A stretch of 64,000 bases of DNA from Enoplolaimus lenunculus (Eukaryota). A program made the position numbers and the translations under genes. The stretch lies in NCBI GenBank assembly GCA_030248215.1, contig JASANG010001737.1:434001-498000 (forward strand), read 5' to 3'. Numbering within the stretch: position 1 is the first letter of the stretch; each line of letters begins with the position of its first letter. Below are positions 9,931 to 22,579 of this stretch, piece after piece. The notes under the pieces are model-generated. The model did not search any database. It saw only the letters and a program-made list of their open reading frames with translations, and was not told where the DNA came from.

Positions 9931-12652
9931 ATGTATTTCGGGATGGTTGTGCCAACACCGATAGTATTGCGACGGTTCTGGAAGATTACGACATCTGGTA
10001 CCGTGTTTATGGTCAGAAATTTTGTGTCCTACAAGTCTTGCAGCAAGTAAGACATGTACATATGAAAAATTTACAGTTGTAACTATACATCATTGGTGTG
10101 ATTGATTTTTAAATCGCGCAACAAATTTTAGTATTCAATATAGAAAATAGCATATAGCTATTGCTTGTTTACTGTTAATCGGTTTGTCAAGTTTATAGTT
10201 ATTTTAGGCTAAACTCAGTAAATTAGTGTATTGTAGACGAAACGCAGTAACTTTAAATTCATGGTTTGAAGAACTATCTAGGCAAATCTTATTTTGAAAG
10301 TACCTGTGTTAGCACTATCACCAGTTGGTTGTAGGTTTTGTAACGTTTAAACAAATGGTGGTGAGGTTCAAAATTTAGCATGCTTTTCGTACTTGTTCGG
10401 CGATTTTATGACCAGAATTTGAGGTCAATTTGAAGTCAGCACCCGTCACAGTTTGCTTGTTCAAAAATACCGGTAGCTGGTGATCTGTGCTACGCACTGC
10501 TGAGAATATGGCTCTAGATTTGAGTGGTTTCGGTACCGTGGTTGAAACCTTAATACTGGGGCGCTTAAGGTCTCGGGGTTAATGGGTATTCTGTAAAAAT
10601 GTATTTTGTTCTGTGAAAATAGGCTTGTATTACTAGTTACATGTTTTATAAAGTATTTGCACAGCCGAAACATCAGGTTCTTTTTAGCAAGTAAAGATTG
10701 CACTGAAAATTTGGCTCCGGCAAATCAAGCGGTTGTCCCGGCGCCGTAGCCAGACCTGCGCTATTTCTAATCTAGACTATCATTGCCGGCAGTTTTTGGA
10801 CTAAATATTGAACGATATTGCAGTATTAAACAATATTGCAAAGTCTTTATTTTAGTCGATTGCTTTTCGCGATGGAAACAACGAACGGTATCGGTTTGGC
10901 CAGGCATGCATCGAAACATCGTTCAAGTCAAGACAAAATTACAGCAATCAATCCGGATAGCCCTAGCACTTCATTTGATACGGAAACAAATGAAGACAGA
11001 ATCAAAGAGATTACTGATTATTACATGCAGTATGAAAGAGAGTTCAGGTTTGTGTATACAATAGATTTTGTTGTCAACTCATCCCATGCGAAGTTTTAAT
11101 ATTGGTTTATTTGTAGCTTTTGCCTAAAATCTACTCGTTTTGTAGATTTTGTGAAATATTTTTAAGATCTGTTGCAAATTAGTTGTTGAAAACTAATTGC
11201 TCCCCATCAATACATGGCTTTTAGTAAAATTTTAAAGCTCATTTTTGTATTATTTCTCTATACGGTCTTTCACCATACTTTCACTATATCGTTCATATTA
11301 TAAACAGTCGATGATGCCCTTAAGCATGAGATGCAAAAAGCCTTGTTTTGCGTGCAACTAAATCTACCAGCGTTCGGTGCGTTTTGGTCCTACCCTCCTC
11401 ACTTTGGGGGGAGACAATTTTACGTTCATTACACGTGTAACGGCCAGCCAACACCGAAAATATAATCGGACCGCTTTTCAGTGTATGCAACAGCACATGA
11501 ACTTCAGCATCAATGAAGATTTTGACCCCCACTAATAAGGGGGGTGAGCCAAACATGCAACGCGCGCTGGATACATTCTTTTCTACACAGAATGTACCCA
11601 GTTGCATACTCTTGTTAAAGGGTATCATGCACTCTTGATATTATTAATCGAATTTGAAAAGCAATATTCTCAGTTCAATAATTATTGACAAGAGCGCAAC
11701 TTGTTGTTGTTTCATCCCCATCCAGCTGCACTCGTCATGCATCGGTCGGCCGCCGCAGGCGGCCGCATTCGCGTAGAAACTTGATCACATTGACGGGATC
11801 GTCGAACAGGCGCAACATAGTTCATATTCTTAGCGATAAGTTTTCAACCAATGAACTACGGCATCCACTATTTGAAAAATGTTTCTCAGTGGTAATGCAA
11901 CAATGCGTCGCATAAAACATCACTAAAGTTTGGTTCCAAGGTTCAAAAGTTATAAAAGGCGTATTATTAACTGGCGATAAATGCTATACACAGCTGATAA
12001 TACGGTTTGAGGCGGCAGCATTTTATGCGATTAAGATTTGACCAATTAAAAATGACGACTTGTCTATTTTATGATGCATTCTTGAATTATATTTATTTTT
12101 AGTCGTCCTGAGTTTGGCTCAAACGAAGAAGCAGCCGAAACAACAGAAGCATTGGATGTTGATTTTGATGAAAGTGAATTTGAACAGCAAATTCGACGAC
12201 AAACATTTGAAGATGCAGTTCCGATATCACTGGAACGAGGTAAAACAGGCGTTTTTGATGTTGACCAACTTGTCGCTTTGTTGCGTGCTGATAGAGCGTA
12301 TGATGTTGTGACAATAGCGTTGCCAGAATCATTGAACTATGCCGATTTTATGGTGATCGTAACGTGCCGTAGTCCACGACATTTGCGAGCGCTTGAGGAA
12401 CGCGTGACCAAAGTGTACAAACGAAAGATGTTGCCTAAAGATCCGTTTCCTCAAGTTGAAGGTAGGTTAGAGGATTGGAGTGGAAATTGGGAAGTGCTAA
12501 GGATGGAATTGCGAGAGATGTGGATTTCGGTGCGCTTTCACGTGACCAAAGTTTACAAACGAAAGATGTTGGCTAAAGATCTGTTTCCTCAAGTTGAATG
12601 TAGGTTAGAGGATTGGAAAGGAAATTGGGAACTGCTAAGGATATTATTATGA
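9931..12652 (+). CDS. MALSU1: MALSU1/RsfS (Iojap-like) mitoribosome assembly factor; exons 9931/9943-10046, 10856-11047, 12103 onward; 3' end unresolved
   Basis: Phase-2 GT-AG junctions give a continuous frame with an Arg/Ser-rich presequence-like N-terminus. LERGKTGVFDVDQLVALLR..DVV.I..P..LNYADFMVIVTCRSPRHL is typical of MALSU1. The expected D.G...H...R..Y.LE.LW half was not found intact. Confidence 0.75.
10290..10508. mobile_element. Degenerate MITE family F (TIR ~TTCTCAAACGTGTGTAGCACCTATCACCAGTTGG)
   Basis: TAGCACTATCACCAGTTGG ... GCTGGTGATCTGTGCTAC..TGAGAATA. Related copies at about 13057-13267, 52525-53030 and 58592-58800. Confidence 0.55.
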
Positions 12653-13707
12653 TTGCCGAAGTTGTAGATTAGTGTCCTAAGTTGTTCGGTGTGCTTCTAG
12701 CCGAGCCGAAATTAAACCGAAACAGGAACAGTAATTTTGCATTTTGCTGGAAGATAAATCGTAATTCTAAAACAATTTATCAGAGTTCTATAACTGTTTG
12801 TAAGCAGTGTGTAAACAAAAAATTAGTTTACGTATTCGGGCAAATTCTGAACAGGCAAAATATTCAACTGATAATTAATTTGCCAATACGTAGTATTTAA
12901 CGTCAATCTTATACAGTTTTTAGCGCGATGGTAGTCCACGGCTGGCCGCGAGTGAAAAGTACGCTACAAGGCAGTTATGACTGCAGTTTAGCGGTTATGA
13001 TTGCGTTTATCATGAGCAGTTCTAATTGTGTTTTCTCTCTGTGACTGTTGCTCACATTGTCAAATGTATGCAGGACCTATCACCAGTGTTGTTGAAAGGT
13101 CCTCTAAATTTCGAACCAGTCAATAGAGAATTTCAAAATTTGGCACATTTTACACAGTTGATTCGTCCTACATGTAAGCGGAGTTTGATTTTTGTCACCG
13201 CTACGGTTCGCTTGTTTGAAAACTTATTACTTAATATCTGATAGGTGCTACACGCATTATTTGAGTAAGAATTTTTAATTTTTGGCAAAAACGTGTATAA
13301 ATTGTTGGTTTTGAGTTTTAAGGTAGAAAGAGTCGAAGCAGTTGGCAAGTGTTCGATATGCACAATATTGTATTGCATTTAATGCTTGAAGATGTGCGAC
13401 ACTATTACGATTTAGAATCACTTTGGTGTGTTGGACCTGAGCTCGACGATAAAATGCATGAGAAGACCGAAGTCGATTCATTGCAACAGTTACTTGAACA
13501 GTTTGCAAAACCGGTTAAAGACTGAAATCTGTACAAGTTGCGGGTCGCATTTTTGGTAAAGTAATAGACGTGTTTGATGTGGATGTGTGCATCTTAGAAT
13601 GTGAAACCTAAGCGTACAGAGGAATCAACGTAGTTGTAAGCGAACTCTAAAAAGCGTCAAGAATATTGGGTTAAAATGACATAGACAAAATGGCTAACAT
13701 TCATTGT

Positions 13708-13902
13708 GGCCCATGTATAGAACAGGGCCCGTTCGTTTTCCGAAGGGGCTATAATAGAGTCTGTTTAAGCTTTAGACCATTTTTTGCTTAGGATTAGGCC
13801 TAGGAATAGGCTCATCCATAGGCTTAGGCTGAGGCATTTGCTTAGGTTTAGGCTTAGGAATATGCTTATACTACTGTTCCGGCCCTATTCTATACATGGG
13901 CC
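13708..13902. mobile_element. Telomere-repeat MITE (family B): GGCCCATGTATAGAACAGGGCC TIRs around degenerate (TTAGGC)n
   Basis: 22-bp TIR with 1 mismatch; 8-bp flanks TTCATTGT/ATCATTGT; many other copies in the window. Confidence 0.85.
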
Positions 13903-14548
13903 ATCATTGTGAAGCAACGTGACAAACATATGTTCTTATTGGGGGAATTGCGGAACCGTAATCCTCTCTCTGGGAACGCACCTGAATGGGTACGGGTGTG
14001 GGAAAGAATTGGACTGAGATCGCAATGAAGGAATTTTTGTAAGAAATAAATCTGTGCGCGTAAAACTTTAGTTGCTGTGCGATTTGGGCTACTAATTCTG
14101 GGTTTGGACTCTGATGGAACCATAAACACGCATTTGGTGTTATAAACCTATTTGATTTTATTGTTTCCTATAGCAAGTGTGTTGCCATAAAGTCTACTAA
14201 TAAATGTTGGTGCAAAAATGAAGTTTAGAAATATTTAGAGCGATACGAAAGCTTTTAAAAGAACAAGCAAAATAATCCGAAATCTAAACGTAGTGAATTT
14301 ATATTTCTTCAAAGTCACAGTTTAATGATTTGGTATTGATTTGTCTTTGGAACAATTTTGATACTTTCTGTCGAGATTTAAAAGCGCATGGTACTTTAAG
14401 CTGCGTTGTGTTTTACACGGAATTGCAATAATGTAAAGCTTAAGCGCTAGACTATTTTTTGTGTTTGGAGAGTTTTTCTGCGAAAATTCATGCAAAATTC
14501 AACAAATAAAATTTTCGCATTTTATGAACTGTTGCTAAATAATTCTTA

Positions 14549-14766
14549 CTCTGTAAAAAATGGTGGGTCAAATTGACTCTCTGAAATACGCTTTTCCTGA
14601 CTACAGAAACTGAGTCAGAATTCGACTCCGCCAGAGCCAAATTTGACTCACTGAGCGATTCAATGAATCGAATTTGACTTTGGCGGAGTCGAATTTGACT
14701 CAGTTTGTGTAGTCAGGAAAAACCTATTTCGGAGAGATTCAATTTGACTCATCATTTTTTGCAGTG
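14549..14766. mobile_element. Palindromic MITE family A
   Basis: TA-flanked ~220-bp palindrome homologous to 3961-4179, about 100 bp upstream of the CRYZ start. Confidence 0.85.
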
Positions 14767-14863
14767 TAACACTGACTACCAAATTTTGGTTCACTTCCGC
14801 TTCTATCACCGGTAAATTGTTTAGATCTTCACCTTGATTGCACCTTCTTTCATTTTACACTTT

Positions 14864-17800
14864 ATGCTGCGGTCATCGTTGCAAATACTCAACCAGACGA
14901 TGCGTGCAATCCGCGCAGCCAAATTCGGACTTCCGGAAGTACTTGAATTGAAAACGGATGTTCCGGTGCCAGATGTCCAATCCGATCAGGTATGATAATT
15001 ATTGAAACCGACCAAATGCCCGATTACTATTAATTCTTTGCGGTGTGGTGATATTTTAACCAGCTGAGCCAGCTAACCAAAAATAAGCATGCCTAAGTTT
15101 AAGTTGTAATATTTTCAAGGGAAACGTGAATATCAAGTATTCCATTTTTACTTTACTAATTCTGTTTTCGGTGTTATATATACTTAGCGCGATGCGTCCC
15201 GCCGGCCCAAAAAAAGGGGCGGAACGGTTTTCTGGGAGACTGCACAGACTATTTTTTTAAGCTTACGCTTAGGCAAAGTTTAGGTATAAGCTCATTGTTA
15301 AGCTTAGGCTTTGGAATATGCTTATTCTACTGTTACGGCCCTGATCGTGGTTGTTCCTCGAAATGCGAACTCAGTTCGTATTAAGTCGTATTAAATCCTA
15401 GCATATATAATTCATCTGAACTCACCACATGACCCATCTATAAAAGCACGATTGTGTTCGCCACCGTTTTAGGTTTTGGTTCGGGTCAAGGCAGCCGGTA
15501 TAAATCCGGTTGACACGTATATACGAGAAGGCGTCTACTCTCGCTTGCCGTCTCTGCCATACACACCTGGGATGGATGGTTGTGGCGTGGTTGAAAAAAT
15601 TGGTCGTGACGTTACGAATGTAAAAGTGAGCGTAATACAAGCACGTTGCTATGGGCTGGTACTTCAGGAGGGAGATCAATTTTAGATGGAGTATTATCTA
15701 TTTCAAATAATACTGAACGGAGTAAAATAACACTGTCATCTTTTAGAGCCGGGGTGGTATGCCGTTCGTACGAGGATGCGCACAGGTACACTTAGCTATC
15801 GGGAGGGATGTTTCAAGCGAAAATTCACGGGGATTTTGGGGAATTTTTTAAGGGGTGAGCATTCCATTTTTGAGCGATTATGGGAGCAATCAGAAATTCT
15901 CAAAGTGTGATGCAAGCGGTGGATTTGGAAATTTCGCACGAAGGCGTCGTAATAGCAAACAAAAACTCGTGAGCGAAACGAGTGAGAATTCAATCACATT
16001 TTCGAATCCTCGCCTGGGGTGTCCGAACCCCCTTGCGCCAAACCCAGCAAATGAAATACCTTGATCACGTTAACAAGTTGTTGGAATAGATCAAAGTATA
16101 TAGATTGAATTGATATTTCCGAATTTCTGGAACTGGAATAGAGTAAGCTTAAGCTCTACACCAATTTTTTACTTTGTTTAGCTTATGTATAAGCTAAACA
16201 CTTTTTAGGCTTAGGCTTAAGCTTTACGAATATGCTTTTACTACTGTTCCGCCACCTGTTGTTTAAACTGGCCGCCGAATGCGCGGAAGAGTCAGTGTTG
16301 TTGGTTTTGTTTTAGGTTGGTGACCGGGTGTTTTGTACTCGTGGACCATCAAGTGGCACTTGCGCTGAGTATTGTTCAACGAATTCCAGCGGCGTTTTCC
16401 CATTTCCGTCAAATTTGACATTTTTGCAAGGCGCTTGTGTTGGTGTGCCGTACTTTACGGCATATCGAGCGATGATACAGAAGTAAACCGTTGCGTTATA
16501 TACGTTTCTGTCGCCGCACGACGCCGCGCGTCACAAATAAGAGTAAATTTAAGATGCGGCTTGCGGCGGCTACGTATGGCTTATAAAATTAATTTAAGAA
16601 GTGGTAGGCGTATTTGGTTGCAACTCAAATTCAAATTAGTTGGCGGAGGTACGGAATATGGAATCCCCTAGGAATTTAATACAATATAGTTCATTTCGTA
16701 GATTTCTACGCGATGATTTTAACGGTGCCATTTTTAGCGCTGCAAGTTGCCCGGATCAATAGTTATGGACCATTCAATTTTAAGTTTTTATCGTATAAAA
16801 CATGTACAAGCAGCATTCAAATTTGTATAGGGAATAAACCTGGTTTAGCTTATATTTTGCGAACATGTTAATGATAGACACTTTCTGTTGCAATCTTTGC
16901 GTGTTTGCACTATAATTTCGACGGCCATAACTTCTCAACCGTTTTTTCTTACAGCCATAATAATGCTACTGTTGAATTCAGCTCGTTGAAATCTATAGGA
17001 TAGACCCTGGCGTAGCAAATTTCCATTTGTTGACGGCAAAAATTTTCTCGAAACGTAAGCTATTTGTGCCCAATAAAACGATTTGCAAATTATATATTTA
17101 TCTTATTTGCTTATAAGTTTGGCTAATGTAAAGATTAAGGGGCGGAACGTTTTTCTGTGGGATTACATAGAGTAAGCTTTAGACTAATGTTTTTTGCTTA
17201 GGCTTAAGTATAAGCACATTTTTGCGTTTAGGCTTAAGCTCATTCTTAAGCGTAGGCTTAGGCTTTGGAATAATGCTTACACTACTGTTGTGGCCCTGTT
17301 CTATACATTGGCCATAAATTTTATTCGTAATTGATTATAGTTAAAAACGGTAAATTTAAACAACGTTTCAGGTGCCGTACAAAACCTTCGGAAACAGTGC
17401 TAATTCATGGAGCCAGCGGTGGGGTAAAATATATTTGTGTTTATGTTTTCGGTTTTTCTTTGGAGAGTAAAAAATGTATTAAAAACGAGTAAGTTTTACA
17501 GCTGCGACAGGTTATTTAAAATGCTCTCGATTGGATATCACTTGTGTACCAAAATCCAATATTCTATCGGTGTCGATGCGTATGGCAAGGATTGTTTGTG
17601 TTTAACACGAAAATTACATGAGTAAATTATGTGACGAATTTTGCAAATGACCAAATGACAACCAGCAATGACCACCAGTTGGTGCTTATTGTGTACTGGT
17701 TCGTAAACATACACCGTCATCTGATCGATGCCGGACACCAGTACTAAGGTATACACGGTGTTACTGTTTGGCTGGGAATGCTAACTGAATTGAAGACTTG

Positions 17801-20668
17801 CCGTCGATTTATAAATGAGACTTTTGGGAGACAAAATTTCACTCCAGGTATATTTGAAACACAATTTGGTTCATTGTTTTAGGTTGGTCTCGCTTGCGTT
17901 CAACTACGCACGATTCTTAGGTTGTACGGTATTTGGCACAGCTGGTTCCGAAGAAGGATTGGCGCTGGTTGCTCAAAACGGAACGCATCGTGTGTTCAAT
18001 CATCGTGGAAAAAATTATGTTAACGAAATCATGGTATGTGTGGAATGATATTGACCAACATCTTGACAGCTGCATACCGGGTTCATTGTGATTGGTTGGT
18101 ACGTAAAGCACTGCCTTGGCAGCATCGTACCGGGTTCATTGTGATTGGTTGGTACGTAAAGCACTGCCTTGGCAGCATCGTACCGGGTTCATTGTGATTG
18201 GTTGGTACGTTAAGCACTGCCTTGGCAGCATCGTACCGGGTTCATTGTGATTGGTTGGTACGTAAAGCACTGCCTTGGCAGCATCGTACCGGGTTCATTG
18301 TGATTGGTTGGTACGTAAAGCACTGCCTTGGCAGCTTCATACCGGGTTTATTGTGATTGGTTGCTACGTACGAGCCTAGAAAGAGACTACAAAATCAAGA
18401 AAAAACGTTACGGAAAGCCTTGTGTCTTGTAGTCTGCCAGAAATCCAGTTGCAACAACGAACTGTGATATTTTTTTACTATGCAGTTCTGTTACCGTTAT
18501 ATTTTAAGCGTGACTATATCCTGATAGCGCAATATTAATGCAGTAGACGAATAGGAAAGACGAGTTGAATTTAACTAGGAAAATTATATTCGTATTAATT
18601 TTATTTAAGGAAGCGACCGGAAACACAGGTGTCGATGTAATACTCGAAATGCTCAGTAATGTGAACCTTGGAACAGATTTAAAACTGCTAAAACGTCACG
18701 GACGAGTTGCGGTAAGTTATCCATATTTAAAACGGGGCGTCATGATGTGTTTCTTAGGGTAATTTATCTTTTTTTTAAATACTCTGAATTGAGTTTGTAG
18801 CATCATTCGCCAGTCGGCGCTAGAGCTAATTTATGATAATTTTCAAACCGTTCAAGTCGCACTGCATATCAGTGGCGTATACAAAGGGGGTTTCGGCTGG
18901 TATATTTGTTTTTTACTCAGCTAAAAAGCGACAAAAAATACATTGACCGCGGGTGTAAAAAGATCTGTAGACAGGGTGTCGTAGTTACGATTTTATATCG
19001 CGAGGGCATAACGTCATTTAAAAAGGGTACAGCGAGCAGGTGTGAACCAGCGTGAATTTTTTTTGACCTCTAGAGCGTGGTATTCTAAAGTCTGTTAAAG
19101 TATGCTTTTGTTTCACTCAATTTGATGGCAGAATATATATCCCCTTATCTGTTCCCTTTGTTTAAGCCACTGTTTGACGGGTCCGTAGCCAAGGAGGCAG
19201 GCCAGGGGGGCTCAGAACCCTTTGAAAAAATTTGGCTCCACCTGGAAACATTTTGGCTCCGTTAGAAAATTTTCAACCTTGCTTGCAAGTCACTAAAAAC
19301 CCTTGAATGCCTGTCCTGAAAAAAATTTTTAGCCCCCCTCTAGCAAGGTGAGCTGGCTACGAGCCTGCTGTTTGCGGAATCATACAGGTCAAAGAAATCT
19401 GGCTTGTCTTTAATCATGCTTGCGTGAAGTGATCCTTCAATGATGAAGTTCTGGGTACGCTACAGCTGGCGCTGGATTTGTATCCGGATATCCGGTACCT
19501 ATCTCTGTAATGGTAAAAACAAAATAATTTCCAATTTATTTTTAGATCATTGGATGCCGAGGATCAGTGAACATCAATCCACGAGATATGATGGGTCCCG
19601 AAACTTCGATCGTAGGAGTGGCACTAATGACCGCTAGTGATGTAAGTAGTTTCAGTTTACTGTGGTTAACACATCAGCAGACAATTATTAACAACGGTGA
19701 ATCTAGCGGAATCTCAGAATTTCATCTTTCGCTCCGGAGGTATGCAAAATTATAATAATTCTCATTGTAATTATGCTAAAAATTGCGTCTAACTTCTAGC
19801 TAGTTTCGCTCGTGAGATTTCCGTTTCGTTCAGTATTTCACCTCAGAGACTTGTATAGGCTTTTGAATATTAACCCGGTGACACATAAATGTAGCAATTT
19901 CTTTTCGTTCGCTACGCCCGCTCGCAGAAGCCTTTAACTACCGTGATACCCTACCAAAACGGCCGAACATCATGAAAATGTTTTTCAGTCTTACAAAATG
20001 TGTGTCGTTCTTCGACAACATTAAAGACAAAACATCAATAAATGTTCCGCAATTCGTTCGGAGGAAGCCTAAGCCTAAACGGTTGCATAAGCATAAAGCG
20101 CAAGAATGAGCATATTCCTAAGCCTAAGCTTAAGCCTAAACCTAAGCATAAGCCAAGCAAAAAAATAGTCAAAACCTTAAGCTTACTCTTTTCTAGTCCC
20201 ACAGAAGAACGTTCCGCCCCTGATCTTTACATGGGACCATGTTACGAACATGTGAATGATAGATACCTCGTGTTCCAATCGGTGCGTATTTGCACTATAA
20301 TTTCGAGCGCCATAACTGTTGAACCGTTGGGCATGCAGCCATAAAAATTGTACCGTTGAATTCAGGTCGTCCAGACCTATAGGATGAACTACTTTTTATC
20401 AAAACCCCAAGGGGTCCAGATTCCGTACCTCCCCGCCCACCTTCGGCAATTATGAAAAACTATTTAAACGCAGCTCATTGATGTTTAGGACGAATGGAAA
20501 GAAATGGGTGCGTTTGTTAGCGCAGGCCTACAAGTCGGGTGGTGCTGTCCAGTGGTAGATACAGTTTATACTTTGGAACAAGTTCAACAAGCGCACAAAG
20601 ACATACTGAAGCCACCGCGTGGATCGGCGAGAGGAAATCTTGTGATTTCATTTGAAACAAAATCGTGA
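14864..20668 (+). CDS. CRYZ: Quinone oxidoreductase / zeta-crystallin (MDR family); exons 14864(or 14900)-14989, 15473-15625, 16316-16482, 17372-17423, 17883-18033, 18610-18711, 19546-19641, 20489-20668; apparent +1 frameshift at about 17904
   Basis: [100 protein letters not shown]. All junctions are GT-AG. Confidence 0.9.
18075..18370 (+). repeat. 53-bp minisatellite, about 5.5 copies, in CRYZ intron 5
   Basis: Unit TACCGGGTTCATTGTGATTGGTTGGTACGTAAAGCACTGCCTTGGCAGCATCG starts at 18075, 18128, 18181, 18234, 18287 and 18340. Confidence 0.95.
19178..19367. mobile_element. hAT-type MITE family E (TIR ~CAGGCCCGTAGCCAG)
   Basis: CGGGTCCGTAGCC...GGCTACGAGCCTG; 8-bp flanks CTGTTTGA/CTGTTTGC. Copies at about 22437-22772, 23296-23431 (TTGAACTT/TTGAACTC), 53830-53994 and 56510-56669. 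Confidence 0.75.
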
Positions 20669-21373
20669 TTGGCAAGGGCAATGTTTACTTTTTAAGCGGC
20701 GTAACATTAGATTAAGCGTGTTCCTAAGCCTAAGCGTTGCAAAATTGAGTTCATAAGCCTAAGCCTTGCAAAAATGAGTTCATAAGCCTAAGCCTGAGCA
20801 AAAAATGTAATCTAGAATCTAAACTTACTCTTAGTTATAGACTCACCAGAAACCTGGACGCCCCTTAAAGTGAACATGGGCCGAAGTTGAGAAAGAAACG
20901 AAATCATTGTTATTTGGAAGTAAAAATAATTGATCTGGTTGCGTTGGATGGCACTTCTTTACGAGCGAAAGCGCGGAATATTCACTGGGTGTAAACGGAT
21001 AGTAAAAAGTGAGGTATAAAAGTTTCAAAGATGTTTTATTTTTCTGCAACAACAATTGAGGCATGCAAATTTAATCGCCGGGGTTTGTAAAATTTATTAA
21101 AATATCGTGGATGCACCGAAATTTTTAAGGTTTTGGATAAATTTCGTATTTTTTTTACGTCATATCGAATAATTGCAGCATATTTGTAATGAAAATTACG
21201 AATGTCCTGAACTAGGTTTAACCTGTGCCCTAACGTAGACAGAACAACCAGCCGTACACCCGTAACAAGAAAACAAAAATCGGAATACGCGGTCTTATGA
21301 GATTTTGGATAAATTTAGTGTTGCTGCATAAATGAAAATTACGAATGTCCTGATCTAGGTTACTACCCAGGAG

Positions 21374-22098
21374 TGAAAAGTACTTCCAGGAGTAACAAAA
21401 ATCGGAATACGCGGTCGAACAGATACGACGTCGCGCTCCATTTGGTGTGCAAATTCATCTGTCGTACCAGCAGTTGCCCACTGACCGACACCCTAATCTG
21501 TGATCGAAATTTCGCATTTCGGGGCCTCGGGTTTTGACTACTGGAATATACACCGATTTCGATCGCGAGGCGGGCGCATACGTATTGCGTATCCCGAGGG
21601 ATAACACAATACGCAACACACACACCAACGCGAGAAGTTTATGCGACTATATTGCTCAACTGTGCGACAAGCAACCGTTTCAAGTTGCGGCAACAGGAAC
21701 AGTCGACTTTATGGCATTTTATTGCTACGTGAATTTGAAAAGTACTTCCAGGAGTAACAAAAATCGGAATACGCGGTCGAACAGATACGACGTCGCGCTC
21801 CATTTGGTGTGCAAATTCATCTGTCGTACCAGCAGTTGCCCACTGACCGACACCCTAATCTGTGATCGAAATTTCGCATTTCGGGGCCTCGGGTTTTGAC
21901 TACTGGAATATACACCGATTTCGATCGCGAGGCGGGCGCATACGTATTGCGTATCCCGAGGGATAACACAATACGCAACACACACACCAACGCGAGAAGT
22001 TTATGCGACTATATTGCTCAACTGTGCGACAAGCAACCGTTTCAAGTTGCGGCAACAGGAACAGTCGACTTTATGGCATTTTATTGCTACGTGAATTT
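21374..22098 (+). repeat. Tandem duplication of a 362-bp unit (2 copies, apparently identical)
   Basis: TGAAAAGTACTTCCAGG at 21374 and 21736; the ORF track repeats with a 362-bp offset. Confidence 0.95.
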
Positions 22099-22579
22099 CG
22101 GACACACACTCACACTGACAGATCTGCCGAGTGTAGGTAACGCACGAATGCGAATTACACTAGCGATCATGTAGGGAGGCGTCGACGACTCACACACACC
22201 GACATCACAGTGCTGTAGCGCTATTATTTACATTGCACGAATTTATAAAATATTACACACACCAGGCTTATTTCTATTAAAAGTAAAATGTATTCGAAAC
22301 GCGCAAATGTGGTACAGGCTACGATTCGGCAGGAGAAGGGGGCATTTTTATCAGCAGCAGTTGTTTTACCTGTAAGATAGAGAACGGTGCGTTGTTTGTC
22401 TTTGCAAACATTTCGCGAGTGGAAATATCCCGTCAACGGTAGCCAAGTGGGGCCGAAGGGGGCTCACCCCACGGCAAAAGTTTGGCCCCTCTAAAAAATT
22501 TTCAACTTCGCTTTCAAGTCATTAAAACCCTTGAATTCCCCTTCTGAACATTTTTAGCCCCCTAGCAAGGTGGGCTGGC

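Noticed and set aside
13780..13860. True telomere or chromosome end
   Set aside because: The TTAGGC arrays are short, degenerate, in both orientations and enclosed by TIRs.
18075..18370. CRISPR-like appearance of this array and of the 34-bp array at 63474-63962
   Set aside because: The units are head-to-tail without unique spacers, no cas genes are present and the context is eukaryotic.
21363..22174. Repeated 86-121-aa ORFs
   Set aside because: They arise from the 362-bp duplication, mostly use non-ATG starts and have no recognisable motif.
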